Shown: piece after piece, positions 1 through 9,979 of the stretch
Layout of the letters: every line of letters starts with the position of its first letter
How positions within the stretch are numbered: the stretch's first letter is position 1
DNA from: Candidatus Methanosuratincola verstraetei
Lineage (GTDB): Archaea > Thermoproteota > Methanomethylicia > Methanomethylicales > Methanomethylicaceae
Assembly: GCA_049570475.1 (NCBI GenBank)
Contig: CP186953.1
Span: 672,001 to 736,000 of the forward strand
Reading direction: 5' to 3'
DNA length: 64,000 nt
Program-made: the position numbers and the translations under genes
The notes under the pieces: model-generated
What the model was told of the DNA's origin: nothing
The model's database searches: none
The model's input: the letters and a program-made list of their open reading frames with translations, nothing else

Positions 1-1269
1 CTCGGCCTCCCGGAGCGATTTCGTCCGCTCGTAGACTATCTTCTCCAAGTTCGATGCATACTCCTTCAGGATCTCCTTCGCAAGCACCTCATCGGTCACG
101 TCGAGGATGATCCCCTGGTAGTGCGTTACCCTGTTGGAGTCGTCGCGCCTCGCCCAGGTGTAGTCCCTCACCCACCTAATCCTGCCGTCCTTCGTGACTA
201 TCCTGTACAGCTGCTCGAAGGCGTCCTCGCCGTTGAGCGAGTGCGCCGCGACCTCCGAGGAGATCCTCGAGATGTCTTCTGGGTGTATGATCTCCGCGAA
301 CCTGATCCTCCCGGACGTGAAGTCCTCGGGGGAGTACCCGAAGATCGAGATGTTCTCCGTCACGTACTCGACGGGCCAGCCCTCCTCGTTCTTCCAGAGG
401 AAGGTCACCGCCGGGCTCTTGTTTATTATGAACTCGAGCTCGGAGAGTTCGGAGATGGCATCGGCCAGCTGCTCCTCCAGGACCTTCAATTCAGTCACGT
501 CAATGCCGATTGTGAGTACATGGTCTGATCCATGGAATTTGATCTTCCTGTGGAGGCTGAAGTACGCCTTGCCACTCCTGCAAAGCCACTCTTTCATCGC
601 AACCTCCCCATTGGCAAGGGCATTGGAGCTCGGGCAGGAGGGGCAAGGATCCGCGCCCCCCTTCAGGGCTTGGAAGCACTTCCTGTTATCCGGGTCGCCG
701 AAAGCCTCCCGGAAGCGCTTGTTGCAGTAGACGATGTTGAAATCCTGATCCTTTATGTAAACGTAAGCCGGGATCGTGTCGAGGATCGTCTGCTCGAGCT
801 GGGCGGTCCTGTTCAACGAGATCAAGAGCGAGGCGTAATCCGAGACTGACCTGACGTACTCGGCTAAGAATTGGTGGTCGCAGGCTGACGAAAGCACGAG
901 TACGGCCGCAGGCCTTCCTGAAGGGCGTATGCCGCACAGCACGAAGACCCTCTTTGCCTCAGGTTTGTCGGTGCGGCTGGCGGTAGCCTTCACCGGCCCG
1001 CCGTCTTCCAAGGCTCTCCGGATCAGTTCTGCTGCGGATCGCTCGTCGAAGTAATCGAGCAAGTCGAATGGCTTGGAAGACGCGAGAGGCTTCGGCGGAC
1101 CGCACCCGGGCGGGAAAACAGACAGGATAACCTCGTCCAACCCCGAGAATATCCTGCAGATCTCCTCGTAGAACTGATCCTCCCCCTTCAAATCACCGGT
1201 TAGGATTTCTAGCAGCCGCCCCCTGAGGGCCAAGAGGGGCCCAAAGTCCAGGCTTTTTACTCCTGCCAC
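1..1269 (-). CDS. Multi-PAS/PAC sensor protein, probably a histidine kinase; 3' end runs off the window
   Basis: Manual minus-strand translation (absent from the ORF track). PAS segment DTIPAYVYIKDQDFNIVYCNKRF, PAC segment YRIVTKDGRIRWVRD...YQGIILDVTD, then coiled coil LEKIVYERTKSLREAE typical of the region before HisKA. GTG start at 1269 is inferred. Confidence 0.75.
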   Translation of the reverse strand, partial: MAGVKSLDFGPLLALRGRLLEILTGDLKGEDQFYEEICRIFSGLDEVILSVFPPGCGPPKPLASSKPFDLLDYFDERSAAELIRRALEDGGPVKATASRTDKPEAKRVFVLCGIRPSGRPAAVLVLSSACDHQFLAEYVRSVSDYASLLISLNRTAQLEQTILDTIPAYVYIKDQDFNIVYCNKRFREAFGDPDNRKCFQALKGGADPCPSCPSSNALANGEVAMKEWLCRSGKAYFSLHRKIKFHGSDHVLTIGIDVTELKVLEEQLADAISELSELEFIINKSPAVTFLWKNEEGWPVEYVTENISIFGYSPEDFTSGRIRFAEIIHPEDISRISSEVAAHSLNGEDAFEQLYRIVTKDGRIRWVRDYTWARRDDSNRVTHYQGIILDVTDEVLAKEILKEYASNLEKIVYERTKSLREAE

Positions 1270-1472
1270 AAGAACACCAACCAAGGCAGGGCGGGATCGC
1301 ACTGGATTGTCAACGGGCGATCTTGAGACGCTGGGACGCAAGGGGATTCACAAACACATCCCAATCGACCAGCCAACACCCGGTACATAATAAACATCTC
1401 TTTCGAGGGATAAAAAAAGTTTCCCTCTACACCCTTCCGGCATTCGCCTGGAAGGCGGGCTCACAATGGCGG

Positions 1473-1946
1473 TTACAGGTATTTCTCTTCTTCAAGGCGC
1501 CTTATCTTTTTTTCGAAGTCCCTCTCGATGAAGAGCATTATCTTTTTTTGGATCAGCTGGATCTCCTGCTTCTGCTTCTCGATCTGATCGGCGATCGCGC
1601 TAATCAGATCATCCGGCTGGACGGGCTTGAGCAGGTATGCGTCCGCGCCTAGGTTGAGCGCCTGCACCGCGTTCTCGAGGGAGGCGTGGCCAGTCAGGAC
1701 GATCTTCCTCACCCGGGGGATCCTGCTCGTCTCCAGTTCGCGCAGTAGCTCGGTGCCGGGCTTGTCCGGGAGGACCATGTCGATAACGACGACATCGTAG
1801 TACCGCTCTTTGAATTTTTTCAAAGCGTCACTAGCGGTCTGGCTCGTGTCCACGCAATAGCCCCTTCCCTCAAGGATCTCTTTCATAGTTTCCAGCAGGC
1901 TAGCATCGTCGTCCACCAAAAGCACGTAGTATTCGGGAGCGCCCAA
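1473..1946 (-). CDS. Response regulator receiver domain with C-terminal coiled coil
   Basis: LLVDDD, phospho-Asp in IDMVLPD, LTGH and YLLKP motifs. Start moved to TTG at 1946 after a G-rich RBS; the ORF track extends to 2066. Confidence 0.9.
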   Translation of the reverse strand: MGAPEYYVLLVDDDASLLETMKEILEGRGYCVDTSQTASDALKKFKERYYDVVVIDMVLPDKPGTELLRELETSRIPRVRKIVLTGHASLENAVQALNLGADAYLLKPVQPDDLISAIADQIEKQKQEIQLIQKKIMLFIERDFEKKIRRLEEEKYL

Positions 1947-2319
1947 GAATGTCCCCCCCAACGCTGTTGTAAAACGGGAAGGCTCCTTATTAAAGCTTAA
2001 TTTGGAAACACAGAAATCTTGAGATTCTCTGACCCCTGATGCGGCAGGTTTGATGCCATTGGTCAACAGATCTTGCCCAACATGCTTAAAACCGATTCCT
2101 GAGTAGTCTTTACCATTGGAGGACTATATCATGGGTGAGTGTCTTTACAAAGGTGAGCGCCTTTTCAGGCGCGATTGATAGTGGACTGTCCTCCGCTGCT
2201 TGGCGCTGTTTCTCCGTTCAGTGTTTTTCCATGGGGCCTAGCGGCGGCTGTCCAAATACAATGAAGGGACCGCGTTTAGGAAGTCGGAGCGCGAGTGTGA
2301 GCGGAAAGGGGGTAGGGGC

Positions 2320-2502
2320 ATGAGGCTCAATGCAAGGGTTTTGGCTGGAGTCGCTGTACTGGCGATCTGCTTCGCCGCAGTCCCCCTGCTCGCAGCCACA
2401 ATCGGGGGCTGGTATGCGTACTGGGGGGCTGTCCTTTTGAGCGGGGCCTGGGCGGCTGTGCTCCTTTGGCTCAGGACGGCTGAGTTCTGGGAGGGGGACT
2501 GA
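2320..2502 (+). CDS. Small two-TM membrane protein, probable SSS transporter partner
   Basis: 60 aa with two hydrophobic helices, G-rich RBS, 4 nt upstream of the SSS gene. Confidence 0.65.
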   Translation: MRLNARVLAGVAVLAICFAAVPLLAATIGGWYAYWGAVLLSGAWAAVLLWLRTAEFWEGD

Positions 2503-2506
2503 CCAC

Positions 2507-4069
2507 ATGTCCGGGTCAATCCCGATACCGACCCCCACCCCGGAGTCGGCGCTCGCGGTCTCTGCGGCGGTCGGGCTGATGCTGGCCGTGAGCGCAGGGA
2601 TCGGGGTCTACTTCTACAGGAGGTGCAAGAGCTTCGACGACTGGGCAGTGGGGCATGGGGACGTCGGCCCGCTGGTGACCGGGCTGGCGCTCACGGCGAC
2701 CTGGCTCAGCGGATGGGCGATCTTCGGGAACGCGGGCCTCGGCTACACCTACGGCTGGTCCGGGTCTTGGCTGATCGGCGCGATGAACCTCATGGGGCTC
2801 TCGCTCTGCGTAGTCCTAGGGTACAGGATGCGCAGGTACGCGGCGCTGGGCGCGAGGACAGTCCCCGAGGTGGCGAAGCTCAGGTTCGACAGCAGGCTGG
2901 TCCAGGGGCTAGCCGGCTTGGCGATGGTCATCCTGCTGATAGTGTACAGCGTGGGGCAGTACAAGGCGATGGCATCCGTCTGGAAGCTCACCACGGGGAC
3001 GGACTGGCTCGCGAGCCTACTGATCACGGCGATCCTCTGCGCCGCGTACATAATGATCGGGGGTTACGCCGGCACGCAGTTCTCACTTGCGCTGCAGGGC
3101 GGGATATTCATGGTGATCGGCTGGGCTTTCGGGATAGCCTCGATATTCTGGGCAGGCGGGCCGGCGAAGGTCGCTGAGGCGATATCCGCCGCGAACTTCG
3201 TCAAGCCAGGTGGCACGGAGACCTCGGTCTCGATAGGCGGCTACACCGCGCCGATCGCCCCGTCCTTCCCCGGTTACGACTGGCTCGGGGTTACGGCTGC
3301 GATGGTCATGTTCCTGCTCATGGCGACGGGGTTCCCGCAGAACATCGCGAGGTTCCTCGGTACGAGGAAGGTGACCAAGAAGGAGTACGGCGTAATAATG
3401 CTGGTCGTCGCGCTCAACTGCGTCACCCCGCTGATGGTCGGCGCAATGGGCTACGCCGCGAGGGCTGTCTGGGGCGCCGACCTGATGGGGTCCGGGCCGA
3501 TATACGGCGACGCAGCGGCTTCGCTCGTAAGCATGGCGATCGGCGGCTCGGCTGGGGCTGCCGTCTTCTCGATGGCGGTCTTCGCAGCCGCGGTCTCGAC
3601 GCTCGCTGGGATGGTCATGATAATGGCAACGAACGTGAGCAGGGACCTGATCCAGAACGGGTCGCCGAAGGTGAGCCCGAGGGTCCAGCTAATGCTCTCG
3701 AGGCTGCTGGTCATCCCGTTCGTGCTGATACCGCTCTGGTGGACGTACACCTCGCCCCCGCCGGTGCTGTCAGAGTTCATGTCCGGATCAGCCGTGGCGC
3801 AGGCAGGGATATTCTTCTTCGTGATAGGTGTCTCGATGTACTGGAGGAGGGCGACGAAGTGGGGGGCAATCGCCACGATAGCCTACGGGATGGCTGTTGC
3901 GCTGCTCCACCCGAACGTCTACGGCAAGCTCCTGCCGCCCTTCAACCACTGGGGCGTGTGGGCGCTGACGCTGATGCTCGGCTGCGCCGTCGTCTACGTC
4001 GCGGTGAGCCTGGTGACGAAGCCGGTGCCGGAGGAGAGACTCTCGAGGCTATTTCCGAAGAAGGTCTGA
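2507..4069 (+). CDS. Sodium:solute symporter (SSS, PutP/PanF-like)
   Basis: About 13 TM helices; motifs ATWLSGWAIFGNAG, ARTVPE...RFDS and AAAVSTL. Confidence 0.9.
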   Translation: MSGSIPIPTPTPESALAVSAAVGLMLAVSAGIGVYFYRRCKSFDDWAVGHGDVGPLVTGLALTATWLSGWAIFGNAGLGYTYGWSGSWLIGAMNLMGLSLCVVLGYRMRRYAALGARTVPEVAKLRFDSRLVQGLAGLAMVILLIVYSVGQYKAMASVWKLTTGTDWLASLLITAILCAAYIMIGGYAGTQFSLALQGGIFMVIGWAFGIASIFWAGGPAKVAEAISAANFVKPGGTETSVSIGGYTAPIAPSFPGYDWLGVTAAMVMFLLMATGFPQNIARFLGTRKVTKKEYGVIMLVVALNCVTPLMVGAMGYAARAVWGADLMGSGPIYGDAAASLVSMAIGGSAGAAVFSMAVFAAAVSTLAGMVMIMATNVSRDLIQNGSPKVSPRVQLMLSRLLVIPFVLIPLWWTYTSPPPVLSEFMSGSAVAQAGIFFFVIGVSMYWRRATKWGAIATIAYGMAVALLHPNVYGKLLPPFNHWGVWALTLMLGCAVVYVAVSLVTKPVPEERLSRLFPKKV

Positions 4070-4086
4070 ACCGAAGTGGGCGACCA

Positions 4087-4125
4087 ATTTCCCTTCCTTC
4101 TTTCTTTCTCTTTCTTTCTATTTCC
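4087..4125 (+). terminator. Pyrimidine-rich tract, likely archaeal intrinsic terminator
   Basis: Long T/C run directly after the SSS stop codon. Confidence 0.5.
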
Positions 4126-4347
4126 TCATCATACTTCGGAGATTCGCATTCGGCTTCCTGCCAAGCCAGTTCACAGACCTAGCGAGGGAGGCAAGAGGCG
4201 GATGGAGGGAGGCCAAAAGTACGTTATGCCTTGCGCATGCCCCATCCTTTAATAGGGTTGCCGGAGCTGCTTCGGAATCCGCCCTGCGATCAACATCCCC
4301 ATGATTTATTTTAGAAAATAAAAAGTTTGGTTTCAGAAACTAAAATG

Positions 4348-5370
4348 CTACTTCTTTGCATTCAAGATCCTCGAGTCCAGGTCTGCTATGATGGACTCAA
4401 GCACCCTTATGGCGTGCTTCTTCGATTTTGCAGCCCTCACGAGATTGCCCAGAAGCTCCTCGGTCTCGGATGCCCTCTTGAGGTACTCTTTCTTGCTTAT
4501 ACGCCTCCGCTCCAGCATTTGCCTGATCCCGGTCAGCTTGATCAGGGGCTCCTGCCTGTCCAAGGTCAAGACTGCAAGCTCCTTTCCGAGATCGTCGTAC
4601 CTCTTCGAAATCTTGGTCCGTATCCCCTTGAGTTCATTTGCCAGCCCGGGGGGAGGCGCCGCGCCTGCGCCGCCCTCGCCCTTGGCTGATCCAGAGACTG
4701 CAGAGTCGTACTCCTTTATCTTTGAGGATGCCATCGAAACGAGCTCTTCGGTAGCAGGATCCAGGGGCGGCGGGTCAGGAGGGTAGAACAGGTACCTGTG
4801 GAGGTCCCCCGGTCTCCTCACTTGCCTCAGGGAGCCGCCGGTCTTGCGCGCGAGCTCTTCGAGCATGTCCAGCCTCTCGCTGATCCCGAGGTAGATCACG
4901 TTTATCGTGGCGTGCTGCATCAGCGCGTCGTAGAGGTGGATGCGCGGATCCTCCCCCAGGCTGTAGTCGGCATCGGTGATGAGCAGTATCTCGCGCTCGC
5001 CGTGCTCGGAGGTTGTGAGGGAAAGGGCCTCTTTGATCCCTGCGCTAATTGGCGTCCCGCCCTCCGCGTTTATCGTCGAGATGTCGCTGATCAGGTGCGC
5101 GTAGTTCTCGTCGATCGTCCGCGCGTACTGGAACGGGAGGACGGTCTTAACCAGCGGCTTCCCCTTCCTGTTCTTGAAGACTATCAGAGCAACCCGGTCG
5201 TCCATCGCGAAGTGCGAGCTTTCACCCAGCAGCTGCTTGAGCTCTGTCTTCACCAGCTCTATCTTGGGGGCTTCAAGATCGGCAACACCAGCGGTCCCCC
5301 CCATGCTCCCGGAGGCGTCTACAAGGTAGGCCCGGCTGAATCCCAAATGTCCCAACTCCCAAAAGTGCAT
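4348..5370 (-). CDS. von Willebrand factor A domain protein with C-terminal helical region
   Basis: MIDAS motif DASGSM, GGTP and LLITD. Confidence 0.85.
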   Translation of the reverse strand: MHFWELGHLGFSRAYLVDASGSMGGTAGVADLEAPKIELVKTELKQLLGESSHFAMDDRVALIVFKNRKGKPLVKTVLPFQYARTIDENYAHLISDISTINAEGGTPISAGIKEALSLTTSEHGEREILLITDADYSLGEDPRIHLYDALMQHATINVIYLGISERLDMLEELARKTGGSLRQVRRPGDLHRYLFYPPDPPPLDPATEELVSMASSKIKEYDSAVSGSAKGEGGAGAAPPPGLANELKGIRTKISKRYDDLGKELAVLTLDRQEPLIKLTGIRQMLERRRISKKEYLKRASETEELLGNLVRAAKSKKHAIRVLESIIADLDSRILNAKK

Positions 5371-6276
5371 TCAATCCCGGGATCGAGCTTCCTTCGATGG
5401 CTCGATCTCGAGCACGATATCAGATATATCCCCGAACTCACTAATGATTCTTTTCTTTATGGTCTCAACGATTTGGTGGGCCTCCTCGACGGTAATCGAG
5501 CCGTCGATCCGTATTTTTGCCTGCCCCGCGATCGAACGCCCGACCTTCCTCAGGCGGAGGTCCCTGACCCCGAGGACGCCCTCAACGCCGAGGGCGAGAG
5601 AGGATATCCGGTCCATCAACCCCGGGCAGAGGCAGCCGTCCATCAGGACGATCGAGGACTCCTTTATCGAGACGTACCCAACCGCGATTATCATCACAGA
5701 GATGGCGATTCCGGCTACAGCGTCGAAGTAGAGCAGCCCCAAAGAAGAAAGAGCGACCCCCGCGACAACTACGAATGAAGCCAGGCCGTCCTTGATGGAG
5801 TTGTAAGCGTCTACCTTGAGGGCAAGCGATCCAGACTTCTTGGCGAGCCTGAGCTTTGCCATTGCCAGCGCGAGGGAGGAGGAGCCTGCCAGGACTGCGA
5901 TTGCGATTGCCAGGGCGGCATTTCTGATCGGGGCAGGGTCGAGGGCTGCGAGGTACGACTCGTAAAGCACCACCCCGCCAAGTACGATCATGAATGTCGC
6001 GGCGAGCAGCCCGAAGAGGTTCTCAGCCCTCGCGTAGCCGTGGCTGAATGCACTGTCCGGGCGCCTCCTAGAGATGATGATCCCGGCGAGAACGAGCACC
6101 GATACGACGCTGTCCGCAAAGGAATGGACCCCATCGGCGACGAGCGCGATGCTCCCGAAGTAGAGCCCCGCGATCACCTCGCCAGCGCCTATCCCAAGCA
6201 GGAGGAAGACGGACATCCTGAGCAGGACCTGCTCCCTCTGCAGGTGCTCGTACCGACTTCCATGCAAGTTTTGCAT
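5371..6276 (-). CDS. Cation diffusion facilitator (CDF/FieF-like) metal transporter
   Basis: SIALVADGVHSFAD, HGYARAE and C-terminal dimerisation domain (ITVEEAH...IEP). Confidence 0.92.
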   Translation of the reverse strand: MQNLHGSRYEHLQREQVLLRMSVFLLLGIGAGEVIAGLYFGSIALVADGVHSFADSVVSVLVLAGIIISRRRPDSAFSHGYARAENLFGLLAATFMIVLGGVVLYESYLAALDPAPIRNAALAIAIAVLAGSSSLALAMAKLRLAKKSGSLALKVDAYNSIKDGLASFVVVAGVALSSLGLLYFDAVAGIAISVMIIAVGYVSIKESSIVLMDGCLCPGLMDRISSLALGVEGVLGVRDLRLRKVGRSIAGQAKIRIDGSITVEEAHQIVETIKKRIISEFGDISDIVLEIEPSKEARSRD

Positions 6277-6416
6277 TTTTACCCCTTCAACATCCTTGTT
6301 TTTCTTTCAGCCCTGGCTACGCTTGGATCCTTTTTCAAGGCTTATTCGGGAGGCCTCAATTAATATTTTGCACCGATTCGGAAAAAGATATTTCTCCGCA
6401 ATCCCGAATACTTCCT

Positions 6417-8927
6417 ATGGAACTTCTGGAGCACCCCCACGCAGCCCGAATCGAGGATATAGAGAGCGGACTTGGGACGTCTCGGGCAGGACTCTCCAAG
6501 GAGGAGGCTGCAAGGAGGCTCTCGATCTACGGCAAGAACCTTCTCGAGGAGGAGAAGCCGTCCAGGCTAAAGGTCTTCGCAAGGCAGTTCAAGAGCATAC
6601 TGATCTACGTCCTGATAGTCGCGGCGGTGATAGCCCTTGCGCTGGACAAGACTGAGGACTTCTTCGTCATAGTATCGATCGTGATGCTGAACGGGGTGCT
6701 CGGTTTCTGGCAGGAGATGAAGGCTGAGGCATCGATCCGCGCGCTGAAGAAGATGGCTGAGAGCAGGGCGACGGTCGTCAGGGGGGGCGAGGAGACCGTA
6801 GTGCCATCCTCCGAGCTAGTCCCAGGCGACGTGGTGGTCGTCAGGGAGGGGGACGTCGTCAGCGCCGACATAAGGATATTCGAGAGCGAGGGGCTCATGG
6901 TGGACGAGGCCACGATAACCGGAGAGTCGGTTCCCGCCTCCAAGGACGAGACGGCTGTCTTGGGCCCGTCCACCCCGCCCTATGACATGGCCAACATGCT
7001 CTTCTCCGGGACCACGGTGGTGAGGGGGTCAGGCGCCGGATACGTCTGCAGGACAGGGAGGGCGACGTACCTCGCATCGATTGCAGAGAGGGCAAAGGAG
7101 AGCTCGCCGGACAGCCCGCTCACCTGCGCGGTGAGGGAGTTCTTCAAGAGGTACGTCTTCCTGCTCATCGCGATATTCGCTGCTGTCGGGATAGTCGGGT
7201 ATACGCAGGGGCGCGAGCTCGGGAACCTTGCATACCTGCTCGTTGCCCAGATGGTCTCTGCGGTTCCGGAGGGGCTGCCCCTGGTGATAACGATCGTGAT
7301 GGTCGTCGGGGCGGTGAACCTCAGCAGGAGGAAGACGCTCACGAGGTACCTGCCCGCCGTCGAGACGCTCGGCAGCGCCACGTTCATCGCATCGGACAAG
7401 ACCGGCACGATCACAGAGGGGAAGCTCGAGGTCAAGGAGGCGGTTGTCCTTGACGAGGGGCTAGCCAGGCTCGGGGCTGCGCTATGCAACGACTCCGACG
7501 GCGAGAAGGGGGATCCGATAGACCTCGCGCTGAGCAGGTGGGTCGGCGACCAGTACTGCGCGCTCCGCGAGGAGCACAAGAGGATCTGGGCTTTCCCCTT
7601 CGACACCAAGAGGAGGATGATGGCGACTGCAAACGAGGTCCGCGGATCGAGGATCCTCTTCGTGAAGGGGGCGTTCGAGGAGATCAGAAAGATATCGGTC
7701 AACGTTGAGGATGCCGAGAGGCTCTACAAGGAGGAGGAGGGGATGGCATCCAGAGGGCTCAGGATAATCGCGATAGCCGCCGGGGAGTGGGCCTCGAATT
7801 CACCAGAGGAGTGGAGGGTCAGGGTTGTCGCCCTCGTCGGGTTCCTCGACCCCCCTAAGGACGGGGTGAGGGAGGCGGTGGCGACAGCGAAGAAGGCTGG
7901 GATTAGGGTGATTATGATCACGGGGGATCACCCGCTCACGGCTAAGGCGATCGCCGGGGCAGTTGGCATATGGCGCGAGGGGGACAGGGTCCTCACAGGG
8001 GTGGAGGTGGACGCGATGGATGGGGGCGCGCTTTATGATGCCCTCAAGAGCGCCACCGTGGTGGCGAGGGCGCTACCCGAGACCAAGTACAGGATAGTCA
8101 AGACGCTCCAGGAAAGGAACGAGATAGTCGCCGTGACTGGGGACGGGGTCAACGACGTGCCCGCGCTCAAGGTCGCTGACCTGGGGATCGCGATGGGATC
8201 CGGGAGCGAGGCTGCCAAGAGCGTCGCTAAGATGGTCATACTCGACAGCAACCTGAGGGTGATAGTCGACGCGATAAAGATCGGCAGGGTGATAGCGGAC
8301 AACATCAGGAAGGTGATCTACTACCTCCTCTCGACCAACATGATGCAGATAGTGCTTCTCGCGCTCGCTGTCTTCGCAGGATACCCCATTCCGCTGCTCC
8401 CGATACAGATCCTGTGGATCAACATAGTGACCGACGGCGTCCAGGACAAGTTCTTCCCGTTCGCCAAGGAGGAGGGGGATGTGATGGGCCGCAGGCCGAG
8501 GAAGCCCAAGGATCAGTTCTTCGACAGGTTCCAGGTATTCAGGATCGGGTTCTTCGGGATCATCCCTGGGGTTGCAGCCCTCTTGCTCTTCAGGCACTTG
8601 TTTTACCAGTACGGCTACGAGTCCGCGGTCGCAATAACATTCACAACCGTGGCTGCCGCCCAGTGGTTCAACGGCATACAGGCACAGAAGGAGAGAGAGC
8701 CGTTCCTCAGGAACATAAGGAGGAGCTTCTGGATCAACCCCTATGCATACGCAGGGGTTGGGCTCGGGCTGATCCTCCAGCTCTTCGCGATCTATGTGGT
8801 CCCGGGGGTGTTCGGAGCGGCCCCGCTCAGCCTCGAGCACTGGGCGTACGTCGCTGGATTCTCCGCCTTCTCCTTCTTGGTGGTCGAGGCGCGGAAACTA
8901 ATCGAGCCTAGGCTCCTGAGGGAGTGA
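6417..8927 (+). CDS. P-type cation-transporting ATPase (P2, Ca2+-type-like)
   Basis: TGES, PEGL, DKTGT, KGA, DPPK, TGD and GDGVND motifs. Confidence 0.95.
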   Translation: MELLEHPHAARIEDIESGLGTSRAGLSKEEAARRLSIYGKNLLEEEKPSRLKVFARQFKSILIYVLIVAAVIALALDKTEDFFVIVSIVMLNGVLGFWQEMKAEASIRALKKMAESRATVVRGGEETVVPSSELVPGDVVVVREGDVVSADIRIFESEGLMVDEATITGESVPASKDETAVLGPSTPPYDMANMLFSGTTVVRGSGAGYVCRTGRATYLASIAERAKESSPDSPLTCAVREFFKRYVFLLIAIFAAVGIVGYTQGRELGNLAYLLVAQMVSAVPEGLPLVITIVMVVGAVNLSRRKTLTRYLPAVETLGSATFIASDKTGTITEGKLEVKEAVVLDEGLARLGAALCNDSDGEKGDPIDLALSRWVGDQYCALREEHKRIWAFPFDTKRRMMATANEVRGSRILFVKGAFEEIRKISVNVEDAERLYKEEEGMASRGLRIIAIAAGEWASNSPEEWRVRVVALVGFLDPPKDGVREAVATAKKAGIRVIMITGDHPLTAKAIAGAVGIWREGDRVLTGVEVDAMDGGALYDALKSATVVARALPETKYRIVKTLQERNEIVAVTGDGVNDVPALKVADLGIAMGSGSEAAKSVAKMVILDSNLRVIVDAIKIGRVIADNIRKVIYYLLSTNMMQIVLLALAVFAGYPIPLLPIQILWINIVTDGVQDKFFPFAKEEGDVMGRRPRKPKDQFFDRFQVFRIGFFGIIPGVAALLLFRHLFYQYGYESAVAITFTTVAAAQWFNGIQAQKEREPFLRNIRRSFWINPYAYAGVGLGLILQLFAIYVVPGVFGAAPLSLEHWAYVAGFSAFSFLVVEARKLIEPRLLRE

Positions 8928-8967
8928 AAGGAAGGATTTTTATTTTTCTCGCTGATAGCGTATAGGC

Positions 8968-9918
8968 ATGAGGTTTCTTGTCACGGGAGGCGCGGGCTTC
9001 ATAGGCTCGAACATAGTCTGGAGGCTAATCGGAAGAGGGGACGAGGTGGAAGTCATCGACGACACGAGCCTAGGGAAGCCGAACAACCTGCCTGAGAGCG
9101 GAAGGCTGAGTTTCATCAAGGGGGACGTGAGGGACAAGGCCCTACTGGAGGGGGCGTTCAGCAGGGTGGAAGGGGTCTTCTTCGACGCTGCCAGGAGCTC
9201 CTCGCCGATGTTCTACCCAGACCCAAGGGAAGGCGTGGAGGTCAACGTGATGGGGTTCATGAACGCCCTCGAGTCTGCAAGGAAGCATGACGTCCCAATC
9301 GTTTACGCCTCGACATCTTCTCTGTACAGCAGGTGCGACCCCCCGCACAGGGAGGAGATGCAGGTTGTCCCAGGGTCATTCTACGAGTACTCTTTCCTGG
9401 CAAGGGAGATGGCTGCCAGGCTCTACCGCGAGCTATACGGCGTCAGGGCAGTCGGGCTGAGGTACTTCAGCGTCTACGGCCCGAGGGAGGAGTTCAAGGG
9501 GAAGTACGCAAACAACATATCCCAGTTCGCCTGGGAGATGATGAAGGGAAGGCGGCCAGTCATCTACGGCGACGGGACGCAGACGAGGGACTTTGTCTTC
9601 GTCGAGGACGTTGTGGAGGCGAACCTCCTGGCGATGGGGAACGCTGACCGGGCTGGCGGGGAGGTCTTCAATGTCGGGACCGGCGTGGAGACCACTTTCA
9701 ACCAGGTAGTCGAGATCCTCGCCGAGGAGCTTGGGGTTGACATTAAGGCGGTCTACGTGGCGAACCCCATAAAGAACTACGTCAGGCGCACGCTCGCTGA
9801 CACTACCAAGGCGGCCGAGAGGCTGGGCTTCAGGGCCAAGGTCCCGCTTCGCGACGGCATAAGGAGGACGATAGAGTATTACAGGGCAAGGCTGCAAGGC
9901 GGTGCTTCGACCACTTGA
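8968..9918 (+). CDS. NAD-dependent nucleotide-sugar epimerase/dehydratase
   Basis: GGAGFIGS, LRYFSVYGP and GDGTQTRDF. The canonical YxxxK appears as YEYSF. Confidence 0.9.
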   Translation: MRFLVTGGAGFIGSNIVWRLIGRGDEVEVIDDTSLGKPNNLPESGRLSFIKGDVRDKALLEGAFSRVEGVFFDAARSSSPMFYPDPREGVEVNVMGFMNALESARKHDVPIVYASTSSLYSRCDPPHREEMQVVPGSFYEYSFLAREMAARLYRELYGVRAVGLRYFSVYGPREEFKGKYANNISQFAWEMMKGRRPVIYGDGTQTRDFVFVEDVVEANLLAMGNADRAGGEVFNVGTGVETTFNQVVEILAEELGVDIKAVYVANPIKNYVRRTLADTTKAAERLGFRAKVPLRDGIRRTIEYYRARLQGGASTT

Positions 9919-9979
9919 GGCGCCGCCACCTTCCGGTTCAAGGGCGTTAAGAGCCGATTTGCGAACAGCCTCCTAACGG

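Noticed and set aside
121-849. Plus-strand ORFs of 105-178 aa
   Set aside because: Antisense shadows of the PAS sensor gene.
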